64,000 nucleotides of DNA from Neoechinorhynchus agilis. Taxonomy: Eukaryota; Animalia; Acanthocephala. Below the pieces are notes generated by a model that did not search any database, had not been told where the DNA came from, and saw only the letters and a list, made by a program, of their open reading frames with translations. Made by a program: the position numbers and the translations under genes. The stretch spans positions 2,326,389-2,390,388 of the forward strand of contig CM121343.1 of NCBI GenBank assembly GCA_051530055.1, in the 5' to 3' direction. Numbering within the stretch: position 1 is the first letter of the stretch; each line of letters starts with the position of its first letter. Positions 23,778-36,418 of the stretch are shown here, piece by piece.

Positions 23778-23989
23778 GCCATCACACCACGGTGCTCCAG
23801 AATTTTTTGTGGGATGATACGTTCCCACAGCATTTAAATTTCGCTAAAGAAGATTAAAAATTAATCGAACATTTTTAGATCAACAATTGAGCCGCTTTGT
23901 ATTTGTTCGATAATAAAAGCAGTCTCCGTGAGAAATTTTTATGGCTAAGCTGTGAAAAATGCGATTCGTATAACCTGAATGGTTTATAG

Positions 23990-24315
23990 ATACATTAAGT
24001 CTCGTAGTTGAAAGCGATTGGACGATATTCGGTTTCGTGATCAATATCCTTCAGGAGTAGTCATAGGGTTTGAAATTCGAGGAAAAATTCAACGAACAGC
24101 ACGATGGTGTTGCAATGGGATCACCTCTAGCTCGGACCCTAGCTGAGCTGTTCATGCTAGGGTTTGAAAAAGATATTAAGTTGGCTCCCTGAACTCACGA
24201 AATACTGCCGATATGTAAACGTTGCATTCTTCATTATCGAAGATAGCACTGATACCGACAGTTTAAAAAAGTTGTTGGCGTCCATACATAACAACATCAA
24301 ATGGGCTGTAACAGC
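23990..24315 (+). mobile_element. Penelope-like RT central fragment
   Basis: FEEKFNEQHDGVAMGSPLARTLAELFM, YCRYVNVAF; nucleotide similarity to 30385-30485. Confidence 0.8.
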
Positions 24316-24329
24316 CAAGGGACTTGGAT

Positions 24330-25400
24330 CGAAATCATTATTTCGTTCCCCGCAAGGTTGATCGCTAAGTCCAATGGCACTTTTGCGAATAGAGACTTGG
24401 CATCAGCAGAAACCATTCTATATTCTTTATTGCCGTGCGCCTTCAGTCATTCCAGGAACTCTGGACCCGATGATACGATGTGCTTATCCGCCGGCATTAA
24501 ATTTCGCAACATGTTAGCCAATGTTTTGGTGTGGTATCCAGAACGTGAGGCAATAACTGGTCGTGCTTTTAATGGCGACTTATGTATTTTGTCCGATAAG
24601 TACATATTCGGTGTCTTCCCTTTACTTGACCGATGTTTCTAGTATATTTCAGGACTTATCCTTCCACGTTTCTTCAGCGTTAGTAAGAATTGATTGAACA
24701 TCTATTCTCGTTTCATAGTGGGGTATTCATCATTAGATCGGAACTCTGGACTCCATAGGATATCCCCAGCTATCCCATGGCATTGGTCTTCATCTATTAT
24801 GCAGAATACTTTGCCCCTGTCCAACTTCATGATGCCTATGTTCTTTATTCGATTAAGTTAATTCATAGCTAAAATCGGTCGTTAAGTTAGGTTAGCCCGT
24901 TTCCTCGTGTTTCCTTTATGTAGCAATGCCTCCACTTTGCATAATGAAATTACGATTCTAGCAAAATTAGCCTTAGATATCATCTTCTCCTTTTTTAGCG
25001 TGTAATCGCAAGTTGTTGAGTTTGCCAGATGGAATGAAATCCGGTCCATATTTGAGCTGTTCCGTAATAGCAGCTGTAAAGACAATCCGTGAGAAATTGA
25101 ACACGGAACCATTTGAAATGCGTGCATCAACGTCATGCCCTTACCTAGTGCCACTAATTTCCCACAATTCCGTTTACTTATTATCAACTTTTCTTCCTTG
25201 CAAGTCATCCCGGTTCCATCAATCCTGCGGAGAAATGATACATTCGATCCTCTAGTTGCCGTCTTTTTATTTATGGAAGGAGCTCACAAGTTTGTCTCGA
25301 TACACACATGGTTAAGTTCTTCATATTTAGTTGATTGGTCTTTTCGACATTTTTCTTTTTCGGCTTGACTTTATCGTTCACTTTCACACAACGAAGGCGC
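24330..25400 (-). mobile_element. Penelope-like RT N-terminal fragment in inverted orientation
   Basis: Minus-strand translation gives KIHKSPLKARPVIAS...MVSADAKSLFAKVPLDLAI and, upstream, MKLDRGKVFCII (the DKG motif) and KLVALGKG. Confidence 0.7.
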
Positions 25401-26115
25401 TTAGCCGCACTCGAAAGAGCAGGGCCAACCCTCTTTTTGGGGCCGATGAGCGATCTCAAAACCTGACCCCACCCCTTCCAGCAGCCTTGCACACCCGTGG
25501 AACTCAGCGGCCGGTGGCGTTGAACCTTCGACATAACAAGCGCATTGTGAACGCGCATACCGCACGGCCACTGGGCCCATTGTTGTCGCCTGTGTTTACT
25601 TAGATTAGCTCTAGTTGAATCAAAAAGGCCACCAATTTGCATCCTCTGTTAGATTGGGATTGGTTACCCTCTGGAACCAGGCAAGCAACTCGTTTGTCCT
25701 TTGTGTGCATTTCATACCACTGGCTTCAGACAACAGTGCATTTTCTTCCAACATTTACAGAAACTCGCACTCTCGGAGCCCACTGTCAAATTTGCAGAGA
25801 ATTTACAAGTGTTGAACCTGGGTGTGTTGGTTTACATTGAAGACGGTGATAGTGGGCCCTCTACACGGATTAACCGGGAGAGTAATATCGAATTAACGTA
25901 CTATGGCAATGCCCAAGGGGGCACTATGTTCTTCTTTCAATCTTTGCATACTCTGCAAAGGGCCGTGGATTCATTTAAAAGGGCATTTGCGCGATGCAAC
26001 TGACAGTGTCTCCCATGTTTGCGGAAATGAGTTTATGTATAGGCTTGTAGTGGTTTTATCCAACTTTCACAACTCGATTTGGAAGTGATTAGATCATTCA
26101 CATCTAGCACTTTTC

Positions 26116-27414
26116 GTGATGCAAAATTGCGCTTCGAATATCAGCAATCAGATAAACCCTACTTCCGACATGTCTAGATTGAGGTTTGTTCCTACTATCC
26201 CCCTCCCCCCGAGTGATTGTGAAGTTTTGAATGATTGTGCACAAGCTTCCATAGGGGATCAGATGGAACATTCTATCGACGCATCAAAGTTTAAGCGTCC
26301 TGTTAGGAAAGAGGATTTCGTTATCAAAATTCCCAAAGAAGCCATGGGCACTAACTCCCCCTCCTATTTCTCGCGTTATTTCTTCGAGAAGTATTTACTG
26401 CCGAATGGTCGTGAGAAACATATGAATTTTTTGATAAAGAGGTTCTCTGTGACCAAATTCCACATCCTGTTTATTTTTTTCGATGCGGCCGGTAAAGACC
26501 TCTTTTCTAAGATGCTAGGGGAGTTAAGCATCCAATCTGTTGACCTATCTCGTAGAGTCACCTTTCTAATGAGGAATCCTCCTCAAGACTTGGATACTAC
26601 TGATTTTCGCAAAATTGAGGATGAGTTAGGTATAAAACTGGTCAAATATCTGTTTAGACCCAACGCTAGTTCATCCTACGCCATCCTATGTTCAGCTACT
26701 ATCAATGTCGCCGAGAGTCTAGCTAACTCCGGCAGGGGTTTTTTCTCATACTGGGTCACTTTTGACCGATACAGGGACTCTATCTATGATTATAATTTGA
26801 CGATATGTCAGAGGTGTTCGAGATGGGGGCACCACGAATCTGACTGTGTCTTCCCCTCCAGATGCATCTTTTGTGCAGGTCCTCATCACAAATCATCTTG
26901 CTCCAATTCTGATGCTGCTACCTGTGCAAACTGTGGCAAGAATCATCCGGCCTTTGCACGTTCTTGCAAATTCGCGCAAAAATATTTTGACGATTCCATA
27001 CGATCGAAGCAGCGAGTATTCCATAATTCTAGTTATAGAGAATTCTATCCACAACATAATCCTTTCTCTTCGGACGGTTTTTCCTCTAAGGAGTCGAAGA
27101 CTCAACCTTCCCCTGATGGTCACAAGCCTAAACTTCCCCCCAAACCTCCGGAAAAATCCTTTCTTGATAGTTTAAAATCTTCCATTAATACTTCTCAACT
27201 TTATCCCGATAAAGAAATTTCATTACTTAAGTACTTCCTTACTTTGATCCTTCACAAACTGGAAAATCTTTCTACACCAGACTCTACCTCCGACAATTTT
27301 TCTAGATTATTTAACTTTAATAACTGGATCGATTGTGAAAATTATAAAAGAGATATTTCCCCATCTTTGCGTAACTTGGAATCTATAGATTCCAAACGTC
27401 CTAAATTCATTTAA
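26116..27414 (+). CDS. LINE ORF1 gag-like nucleic-acid-binding protein (432 aa, intact)
   Basis: CQRCSRWGHHESDC, CIFCAGPHHKSSC and CANCGKNHPAFARSC. Confidence 0.85.
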   Translation: MMQNCASNISNQINPTSDMSRLRFVPTIPLPPSDCEVLNDCAQASIGDQMEHSIDASKFKRPVRKEDFVIKIPKEAMGTNSPSYFSRYFFEKYLLPNGREKHMNFLIKRFSVTKFHILFIFFDAAGKDLFSKMLGELSIQSVDLSRRVTFLMRNPPQDLDTTDFRKIEDELGIKLVKYLFRPNASSSYAILCSATINVAESLANSGRGFFSYWVTFDRYRDSIYDYNLTICQRCSRWGHHESDCVFPSRCIFCAGPHHKSSCSNSDAATCANCGKNHPAFARSCKFAQKYFDDSIRSKQRVFHNSSYREFYPQHNPFSSDGFSSKESKTQPSPDGHKPKLPPKPPEKSFLDSLKSSINTSQLYPDKEISLLKYFLTLILHKLENLSTPDSTSDNFSRLFNFNNWIDCENYKRDISPSLRNLESIDSKRPKFI

Positions 27415-30036
27415 TGAATTGTTCCAATTATAAGGAATATCCTTTCTCTTTCATCACATATAATGCCTCTAGGGCTTCTAGTCTTCCTAATTTTCTTACT
27501 CCTTGTGTAGTTGATAACTATGTTAACATGCTGTGTTTTCAAGAAACCGGCTTTTCTAAAATGCTTCTCTTCGATAATTATGATTCTCATGTTCTTCTCC
27601 CTTGCTCCACATCAACCAATCAGCACATTGGATTTTCTGGAGGACTTCAAACATTTATTCTTAAATCTCACTCTTCTAAACTTCTCTTTCAAACTAAAAA
27701 TATTTCTTTTGCAATGCAAATTATTTCTTTTAATAATCCCTTATATGGAACCTCATCCCTTTTCTCTCCTACTCTTATCCTTTGCAACTTGTATATTCAA
27801 CCCAGACACGTGGGTATATTTACTAAATCTTTTATGCATATCCTTCGTTACTGGAATTCTGACTTTATCGTAGGCGACTTCAATAGTAATTTTTTAAATG
27901 CTTTTAGGCCCTTTTTTAAGTTTCACAATTTTTTGCTCCCCAAATTTCCTTCTTTTCATAATGTTAAATCTAATAGACATACCTTCTTGGATGGTGCAAT
28001 TATTAAAAAGTCAATTCCTATTTTATTTTATCCTGCTTCCCAACTTCAGTCACAGAGATTATCCTTTTTAAATCTAATGGCATCTCTCTTAAGGACACTT
28101 TCGTTTTTAATCCTAAAAGCTTTTCAAATTTTAATAATGATCTCCTTTCTTTTATGAACTCTTCCATTTCATCCTCCTTATCTGACTTTAACAATGGCAT
28201 TTTATCCTCTGTACATAAAAATTTAATTACTAAGTCTGTGATCAAGCGACCTCCTGTTTGTCATGAAGCCAACATATTTTATAAAAATGCTGTTATAGCT
28301 GACTTGTATGGTAACGCTCCCCTTAAAAACTTATGAAAAAATTTTACACAGCTAAGTTTTATCATCAAGTTTCGTTGGACAAAAAGAAGCTGATCTCTCT
28401 TAAGTCCTTTTGTAAGGACCTTTGGTCCTGTATTTTGAAAAGACCGGTCTGTTGGAAGGCAAAAGCATCTAACTGGATAGGGTCTATATCTTATCCTGCA
28501 GTAATTGAGTCTATTTTGATGGCACATACTTTTAGTGCATGTTCTTCTCCTCCACTTCCCATCTTTAATAAAAAGTCCTTTTCGTGGAATTTTTAAGTTG
28601 AAGTTTTTCTGAAGGCCTGTAAATCTAACCCCTCTAAAGCGTATAATATAAATGGCACTTCACCCATAATTTTTAGTTCTATTTCTGATAAGGTAAAATC
28701 TATCTTTTTTAGTAGATTTCGTTTATCGAAAATTGATTTCAATGATCTACTTAACATAAATATTGTCAAGAAAATTTTTATTCCCAAAACGAAAGGACGT
28801 ATATTTAACGCATCCCACATCAGAGTAATTTCCATACAGAACCCAATCGTCTCTTGCTTAGAAAGAGCGGTGAACGGGAAACTGTATGACTTTTTAGTAT
28901 GTAGAAAGCTAATCCCCGACTTTTTCCATGGCTTCATTAGAGGTAAAGGTGTCACATCGCTTTTAACCTCTCTTAATTCTATGAATGAAGCTATTAATGT
29001 ACAAAAACTTCTCATTCAGCTGGATATTAATAAGGCTTTTGATGCCTTGGATCGTGGCTTTCTTTATGAGGCTTTAGTTAATCTTAAAGTTCCTCTTAAT
29101 CTTATCTTCAAAACCAACTATCTTATGGAATCCAAGTCCTTTTACTATGAGGTGGACCCTTCTCACACTAAATTTTTCTCTAGATATGGTGTTCCTCAAG
29201 GATCTCCACTCTCGCCCTCCTTATTTTTAATTGCCCTTATATATATTTTCAAAAATTTAAAGAAATCATCTTCCATATTTCCTTTAGTTTATGCGGATGA
29301 TATATTCTTATTTTGTAAAGCTAGAACATCTTCTATTCTAACTAATAATATAGCCAATTTTATGCAATCTTTGTCGTCGGAACTTAGGAAAGCCAATTTA
29401 GTTACAAACAATAACAAAACTTTCTTTATTCCACTTACTAAAACTTTGGCTTCGAGGAAGCTTCTAATTAATGAATTATCTTCTAATTTCAATTTCCCTA
29501 ATATCAATTTTAGATCACATTCCAAGATTTTAGGTGTTGATTTCCCCTGTAAAAATCATAGAATTTTTATAAACTCTTCCTTTAAAAGTCTTCTGACAGA
29601 AACAGATATTTTTATCAAAAGAGCCAAAAGGTTATCAATTTCCCCACCTTTTATTTCTAAAGTGTTCAAAATATTTATAGGGGGTTCAATATGCTTTTTC
29701 GCACGAGGCCGGCCCCCAGAAAACAGACTATCATTTTATCTTACTATGCTGAATAAGCTTAGCAGTATTCTTATTAAAAATAATATTGATACGGAACCCC
29801 TTTTTTCCTTTTTAACAAGAATTTTTTTGTCTAAAATTTGGTTTTATTCTTATTGTTATTCTAGCTGTAAATACTTTAATTACAACTCCTCAATTCTTAG
29901 AATCTTTTTCAATAAACCATCTAGTTTTTTACCCATTAATCAAACTAATATACTTAACAGGAATGAGGTAAGTGATTTTCTCATGTTATTCTCTTTTTTA
30001 CAGGATCAGGACAAGAAAAGGATTATTATTACTTAA
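27414..30036 (+). pseudogene. LINE ORF2 (AP endonuclease + RT) with two frameshifts and one stop
   Basis: TYNAS, CFQET, IVGDFNS, LDGAI; LDINKAFD, GVPQGSPLSP, YADD. Frame breaks at ~28050 and ~28330; TAA at 28594-28596. Confidence 0.88.
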
Positions 30037-30339
30037 GAATTAAAGAAGGGTTTTCGAGGCTGCTGTGAGGGGATTTAAGAGATCGTCCCACAACTCACAG
30101 CCATCTTGGGCCTGAGACATATTAGATCAAGCAAGAAAGAGGAATTAAGAGATTGATTGTGTGTATGTTGTATGAGGCGTGAAATAATAATAATAATAAC
30201 CTCGATTTGAATACTCACACAACCGCATATACGCACACATACATAAATGGTTCGAAATGTGCGATCGATATCATGACGTGCGATCGTGCATCCTCATACC
30301 ACATTCTACTCCACTATATAATCTTCCTGTCTTGGATTA

Positions 30340-31100
30340 TTATCTTCAAGGGAAAAGAAGCTTTCTTTTGGTACTCGCGATATGTGGAAGATGCATTCTT
30401 CATTATCGAAGATAGCACTGATACCAGCAGTTTTAAAAAATTGTTGGATTCCATACATAACAACATCAAATGGGCCGTAACAGCCGAGAGTGAGCAGGGT
30501 ACTACCAATTTCCTTGATGTCATGGTTAGTCTTCATCTATCTTCCTTACAAATGAAAGAAACAAGTGTGTTCAGAAAACCAAATTTAGCCTGGTATCCTT
30601 CGCATTGGTCAGCACCCCCCGGAGTCCTATAAGAGATCAACAGTTGTGCCACTGTTTCTAGGATCTCCTGTAGAATATGCTCAACTAACAAACGGTTGAA
30701 ATACGTCTCATTACTCAAGCTCTAAGAGCAAGAGATAATCCTGAATCGATGATAAGAAGTTACCACAAAGCCAAAAACATCGCTAGTAGACAAGAGAAAA
30801 GAACCATTACATGTCCGGCGAATGAAAAACCTAAATATATAAGAATTAAATTCGTGGATAACAAATTTCAATTCATACTTAAACGGGATATGCGAAACTT
30901 GGACAAAACACAGTCACCAATTTTAATAAGGGTTTGTGCAAACTCCTTAGCAATTGTCGCCCAAACGTTGCATCTTCATATATATTCGTAACTTAGATGC
31001 TTGAAAAAACTTTGTTTACAAACAAACTCTGAAATGAACTACAACTGAAAAGAGTCGTCATATGAAGGCATGTCCAATGATGTTGCACCCATGAAGAAAG
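30340..31100 (+). mobile_element. Penelope-like RT C-terminal fragment
   Basis: WYSRYVEDAFFII...TNFLDVMV...VFRKP...WSAP; same family as the 24.2-kb fragment. Confidence 0.75.
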
Positions 31101-31282
31101 CACAGCCACCAATTTTAAGAAGGGTTCTCGTTGCGTCAACTTATTGAATTTCCAACTCGTTTGAAGCTCACCTCGACAAAGTATTCACAAATATCGACGC
31201 CTGCTCATCCAGCTCTAAACCCCCCCCCGCGAACTCTGTCCATTCCTCTGCCCTTATCACTCCCGTCACCCCAGCTCAGCGT

Positions 31283-32873
31283 ATGAAATCTCCCCGTTTA
31301 CCCGTCTGGAATAAACGTGATCATCACATCCACAATTTTATAAAATTATTCAACTCTAACATCCACACATCCCACTCTGACAGCATAAATGGCCCTTCCT
31401 TGGCCATGTCCTTCCTAACCTCAATCATAGAAAATTCCATAGCTTCGGCAATTCCCAAGAAATTCATTAGGATCTCCAACCGCGACCCTCCATGGATAAC
31501 CCCCATTCTTAAACTTCTACAAAGACAAGCTTCTGAGGCCCATCGCAATAAGTCCCCTGGCTCTCCCCGTTTACAAAAGATCCTTACTAACAAAATACTT
31601 ATCACCCGCAAAAACTTCCTTTCCTCTAAAATTCAATCAGATGGCAACTCAACATGGTGGCGGGCCGTCAAGGACTCTCTTGGTCTACGCCACCCGGATC
31701 CCTTCCTTAATTTGTCCTCCACTGAATTAAAACAGGTTCTAGATTCCATTAATCAAAACCTCCGCCATGACTCAATTTACATTATCTGCTCAACATCAGT
31801 CTCCACACAATCTTTCACGCCCGCACCTGAAACTTTTGTCAACTCACCGATACTTTCCTTAGTTTCATCATATGAGGTACTAAAGTATCTCATGAAATTA
31901 CCTAAAAATATGTCCTTTCAATCCGAAATCCCAAACTGGGCTCTTCGCTGCATCATCTCCGAACATCTTGATCCTTTTACCCACATTATAAACCTCAGCT
32001 TTTTATATGGCATCTACCCCTCTTGCCTGAAAACTGCCAAAATAATATTCGTTCCAAAAAAGGGCATACCATTTCGACCGAATCATTCCGTCCAATTTCC
32101 ATTCTACCCGTTCTTTCAAAAATCATCGGAAAATGTTTTAAATCTCGCTTTCTTTCACTTCTCCACGATAAGTTTTTGCCCCTAGAATTTGGCTTTCGAC
32201 CTAGATTTTCTGCAACCGATGCTCTACTTTGCATTTATGACACGCTCCCCTCGACAATAATCCCTCCCATATCACCCGTCTCATTCAACTTGATTTATCT
32301 AAAGCTTTAGACTCAGTGGACCATTCATTTCTTCTCCGGGCCTGCTCCGATTTTGGTCTCAACTTAGCTTCTCAATTACATCCTACGAGTAACCTCCCTA
32401 TGAATTCTGGGTATCCAATTTCAATCAAATTTGAAATGGGACTTGCGCATCACTCTCTAATCAAGCACAACACTTTTAAAATTTATGTCCTCAAACGCCT
32501 CCGACATTTAGGAATCCTTTCACCCGTTCTCTACAAATTTTACTTCTGCTTTATGTTACTATCCCTCACCTACGGTTACCCCGTATTTTGGAACCTTTCC
32601 AAATCGCTAATCCGCTGTCTTGAAATTCTTCACAAAAGAGCATTTAAAATTTGCACAACTTATTTTCCCCCTCTCACCGAATGCCTTGATGCTATTTTCA
32701 TTAAACAATCAAAACGCCTCTCAACCCTACTACCACAATTTCTTCCACATATCGCTCCATTTCCACACGAGTACAACACTCTTAATCCTAATTCGTTTCA
32801 CCCTCCTATACCTCGCACCTCCCTGTATCTACGCTCCTTTTTCCATGCTGCCCAATCTTCTCGGATATCATAA
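31283..32873 (+). mobile_element. L2/CR1-like LINE ORF2 remnant with an internal deletion
   Basis: PPWITP, HIINLSF...CLKTAKII.VPKKG, FRPISILPVLSKI, FGFRPRFS, DLSKALDSVDH. The YADD region is missing; C-terminal LKRLR...TYGYPVF...LHKRAFKI is present. Confidence 0.85.
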
Positions 32874-32934
32874 CCCGAAATGATTCTGAGGAAAGACCAA
32901 CCTTATAAGCGCTCCTGCAAGCAATAAACACCAA

Positions 32935-33200
32935 TTCCGACGAGAACGGACCTTCCAACCCAACCGGATATTCTCAATCGAACGGACATCCTCACCCGAA
33001 CGAACCGTCCCCGACTGGATAGTTCCTACCCGAATAGGGATCCCTTTGACCAGATATTACCTCCCGAACGGACATCCCTCGACACATATTCCCATATTAA
33101 CGGATGAGGACCCAATGGTACATGTGTCCTCCTAACCTTTTGTATTTTCAACCACCAACCTTCCTAACCTGATTGGATATTTCCCCGCCCGACTGGACCT
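32935..33200. repeat. Degenerate short-period repeat (cgaacggacatcc / ccggatatt / ccgactgga motifs)
   Basis: Recurrent 10-13-nt words at irregular spacing. Confidence 0.4.
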
Positions 33201-33959
33201 GTTATAGACTCGAAAACCCACTGCCACATTCATTTAAAAAAAATCAGAACTCTAGTGTTCTTGAGGACCTAAAGGTACATGGGTTATATTCTTTTGGGTT
33301 TACTAAAACGTGTTTTTATTATGTCGATGAAATTACGGTTGTAATAAAATGACCCAACTATCGGGCAGCAATTAAGAAACTGCATGCGCTATTTACCTGA
33401 CTCAACTCTATTCTCCTCAAATGGGTCTTACCCTCAACCCTTAAAAAACACAATTCATTCTTAAATCGAAGTCGGTTGTTGGGAAACGTCGATTACGGGA
33501 ATTCTATAGCAGCCTTTTTCATCTGAATTCGGTGTCAAATTTCACAAGAATTACAATTCTTGGTTAAAATTTTAAATCTAACCTCAGTATTAAATTTCAC
33601 ATAAGTTCAAGCGTCTATGGAAAACGGCTAAAGCAAAGGCAATAAGAGCACGTAACTTAGGTTTAGATAATCAAGCCACTCAAACTATTTGGAGTGCCTG
33701 GGCAGTTTCAGGTCTTGTCTTTTATTCAAGAGGACGTACCCCTGAGCCAAGACTCAAATTCGTTAGCACCTTCCTGGAGACTGAGCAAGACCCCATTCGA
33801 TTGGAAACACTCAACGCACAGGGCCGACAATACACTCACTTGGATGAACCTGAACAAATAGGATAAAGAACCTCCATTGACAGTACCTACGCATATTCTG
33901 TACCTAAAGGTTCTTTGCGATTAAATCATCTTATTATTGTATGCTTGTAGAGGAATCTC

Positions 33960-34195
33960 GACGAAGGAGAAAAAAGGGATATATTCCTTTCATGGGTTGG
34001 CTCCACCACTTATCAACTAATCGGAAGCTTGCGTGCAGGTAAGGGGGTCAGTGACTATGAGTTTCAAGAATTGTCCACACTGCTCGATACAAATTTAACC
34101 CAACAAGTCCATTTCGTGGCGGCAAGATGGGCCTTCAATCAGTGCGAGATGGGTGCCGGACAAAATTATTCAGCATGGACTCAAAGGAAGTGATT
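33960..34195 (+). mobile_element. Gypsy gag fragment related to 14.7 kb
   Basis: WVGSTTYQLI...ELSTLLDTNLTQQVHFVAARWAFNQCEMGAGQNYSAW parallels ELLDVHYARPVHFVAACFASNLCEMKSGQTYASW. Confidence 0.7.
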
Positions 34196-34981
34196 GAAAT
34201 TCGTAGGGCAGAGAGGGCAGTTAACAATCGTCGCAGCCGTTAATCACAAGTCAAAGCGCAAAGAGAACGGTGTGAACAATGTGGCCGCGTGCATCTTCCC
34301 CAGCGATGTACGGCGAAGGGTAAGACCTGTTTTAAGACCCTTATTTTTAGTACTATCTGTTTTTTACCAGAGGAGGACCGTCGGAGCTGAGATTGGCAAT
34401 GTTTTATAAATTTATGAATTATCTTTCCTTTTACTCGTGGTAAGTTGATCCTAAGATCGAAACACGATGTTTTAACACGTGTGGATTTCATAAAAATAAT
34501 CATCCCTAATTATGAAATTTGCATTTTAACGATTTTCCAAATAATGATCAGATATCTTTTATTGATTATACAGAGCCGGTTTTAATTTCCAAGGAGCCTC
34601 CAGCGAGTATATATGAATATTCAGTTGGATTGGGAAGTAAAGCCGATAATGAAGTGGCCGACCTAATCATTCTAAAGTTGTAGTGCCTTTCTGGACGCTG
34701 CTGGGCAACCAAATCAAAAACATTGGAGCTCTGATGTGATAATGCACTAACGGAAGTGAATATTATCTGGTTATCATGTCGGACGCGTCCTGGACTCCGA
34801 TTCGTTTCATTAGTCAAGTCAGCAACCTAGGGCCTAACTTCAGATATAACGACATCACTGATGAACAAAATCCTTCTCGTCTTCGTTCAACACCAATCTT
34901 CAAACGGCAAAAAGTTTGTTGTCCTTTGACCTTTGTAAAGGGTGGAACGCGCGACGTGCGGCAGTAAAAGCGGAGAGTGTG

Positions 34982-35585
34982 ATGGCAGACGTCGTCATCA
35001 GGGATGTGCCTCAAGATGAGCGGGAGGCACTTGAGTCACTGTCCCGAGAAGCTTTGGTCGAGAGTTTGACGAAGAAAGCAAGCGTGCTTCCTCCCGCAGA
35101 GAAGAAGCTACTGGCAGGGGTGAAAGGCATATCCGTCGCCGCTCTCAAGTTGATGATTGTCAACATAGATAAGAAGTTGGCGAAAATGGGCTTGTTGACT
35201 CCTGAGCTACGCAATACAGAGGAAGAGCTCCTGGAGGCAACCATGGAGGCAGGCGAAACACCGGCGTTTCAGCCTGGGGTTTCTTCCGCGGTCGAGACCG
35301 ACCCCCAGGCCCCGCAGACTGGTCAAAATAAAGCAACATCGAGAGAAACCCATCAAAGGAATTAATAATGGAGAACATAGATAAGAAGTTGGCAAAAATG
35401 GGCTTATTGACTCCTGAGCTGCGCAAGACAGAGGAAGAGCTCTTGGAGGCAACCATGGAGGCAGGCGAAACACCGGGTTTTCAGCCTGGGGTTTCTTCCG
35501 CGGTCGAGACCGACCCCCAGGCCCCGCAGACTGGTCAAAATAAAGCAAAACCGAGAGAAACCCATCAAAGCAATTAATAATGGAG
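34982..35585 (+). other. Unidentified GC-rich ORF with a 212-bp tandem duplication of its 3' half
   Basis: MADVVIRDVPQDERE...RETHQRN (34982-35365). Units are 35162-35373 and 35374-35585; the second re-opens with its own ATG. The tail also occurs at ~16355-16440. Confidence 0.6.
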
Positions 35586-35663
35586 CTACGCAATAGTATT
35601 ATCTTCAATGGTGACATCCAAAGTTATTAGCAGGCGAAAAGATTGATGAAATATTTAATCGAG

Positions 35664-35800
35664 TGTGGCGGCAACTTATTCCACGTGAATGACGGGCAGC
35701 CGGAAGAGGTTTCCTTTCCCCGAATGAAGGTGGGACAACAATCATTTGACCGATGTAGATATCACAATAAACTTAGTCTTCTTTACGTGACGCCGCCAAA
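35664..35800 (+). mobile_element. Solo LTR, 137 bp, with 4-bp TSD CGAG
   Basis: TGTGGCGGC...GCCGCCAAA termini, internal AATAAA at 35766, CGAG at 35660-35663 and 35801-35804. It is absent from the paralogous site near 16512 (aatcgaacaata). Confidence 0.8.
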
Positions 35801-35984
35801 CGAGCAATATAATAATTTTGCCTGTTAAGTCCATGCGTTCTTAAAAAAAGGAAAAGGAAGAGTCGGAAAAGAGATAACACGCATAGCAGTGAAGAGTGAA
35901 CGCGGATCATTGAAAACATAACGACTAATCCTTCAAAAATCGGTCAGGAATTCTAGTTCGAAGCTCAGAGAATTTTCCTAATGG

Positions 35985-36374
35985 AGCGACTCTCCTCCCA
36001 TGGTGCTCCGGGAAAATGCTGGTTTGGGATTTTACCTGCCCCAACACGCTCGCAGCATCCCACTTACGGGATGCCACCTCAAAGGCGGGAGCAGTCGCCA
36101 GCTTCAGCGAAGAAAAGAAGCGGCAGAAGTACTCCTCGCTCGATGGGCATCAATATATTTTCATCCCGATTGCGGTGGAAACACTGGGATGTCTCGGAAA
36201 AGAAGCCGATTATTTCCTCTCACGACTGGGAGGGATGCTAAAACATGCCACCGGCGATATGCGATCCAGCAGCTTCCTGTTGCAGCGAATCAGCGCGGCG
36301 ATCCAACGCGGCAATGCCGCGGTCATCAAGGAAGCTGCCGAACAAACATAACATTTGAAGACAAAAAATTGTAG
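35985..36374 (+). mobile_element. CRE-clade RLE/3'-end fragment
   Basis: LVWDFTCPNTLAASH...KKRQKY...FIPIAVETLG...LLQRISAAIQRGNA; near-identical to 62833-63071 on the minus strand. Confidence 0.85.
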
Positions 36375-36418
36375 CCTTGTGAATTAAAAATAAAGTTCGG
36401 ACGAAGCACATTAATTTG

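Larger units (their letters stand above)
26116..30199 (+). mobile_element. I/Jockey-group LINE (ORF1 + APE-RT ORF2) with a (TAA)n tail
   Basis: ORF1 with CCHC knuckles, ORF2 with APE and RT motifs, and aataataataataataa at 30183-30199. Confidence 0.88.

Noticed and set aside
25400-25620. GC-rich segment as an HDV-like ribozyme or 5' UTR of the downstream LINE
   Set aside because: I could not build the nested double pseudoknot, and the segment may belong to the inverted PLE instead.
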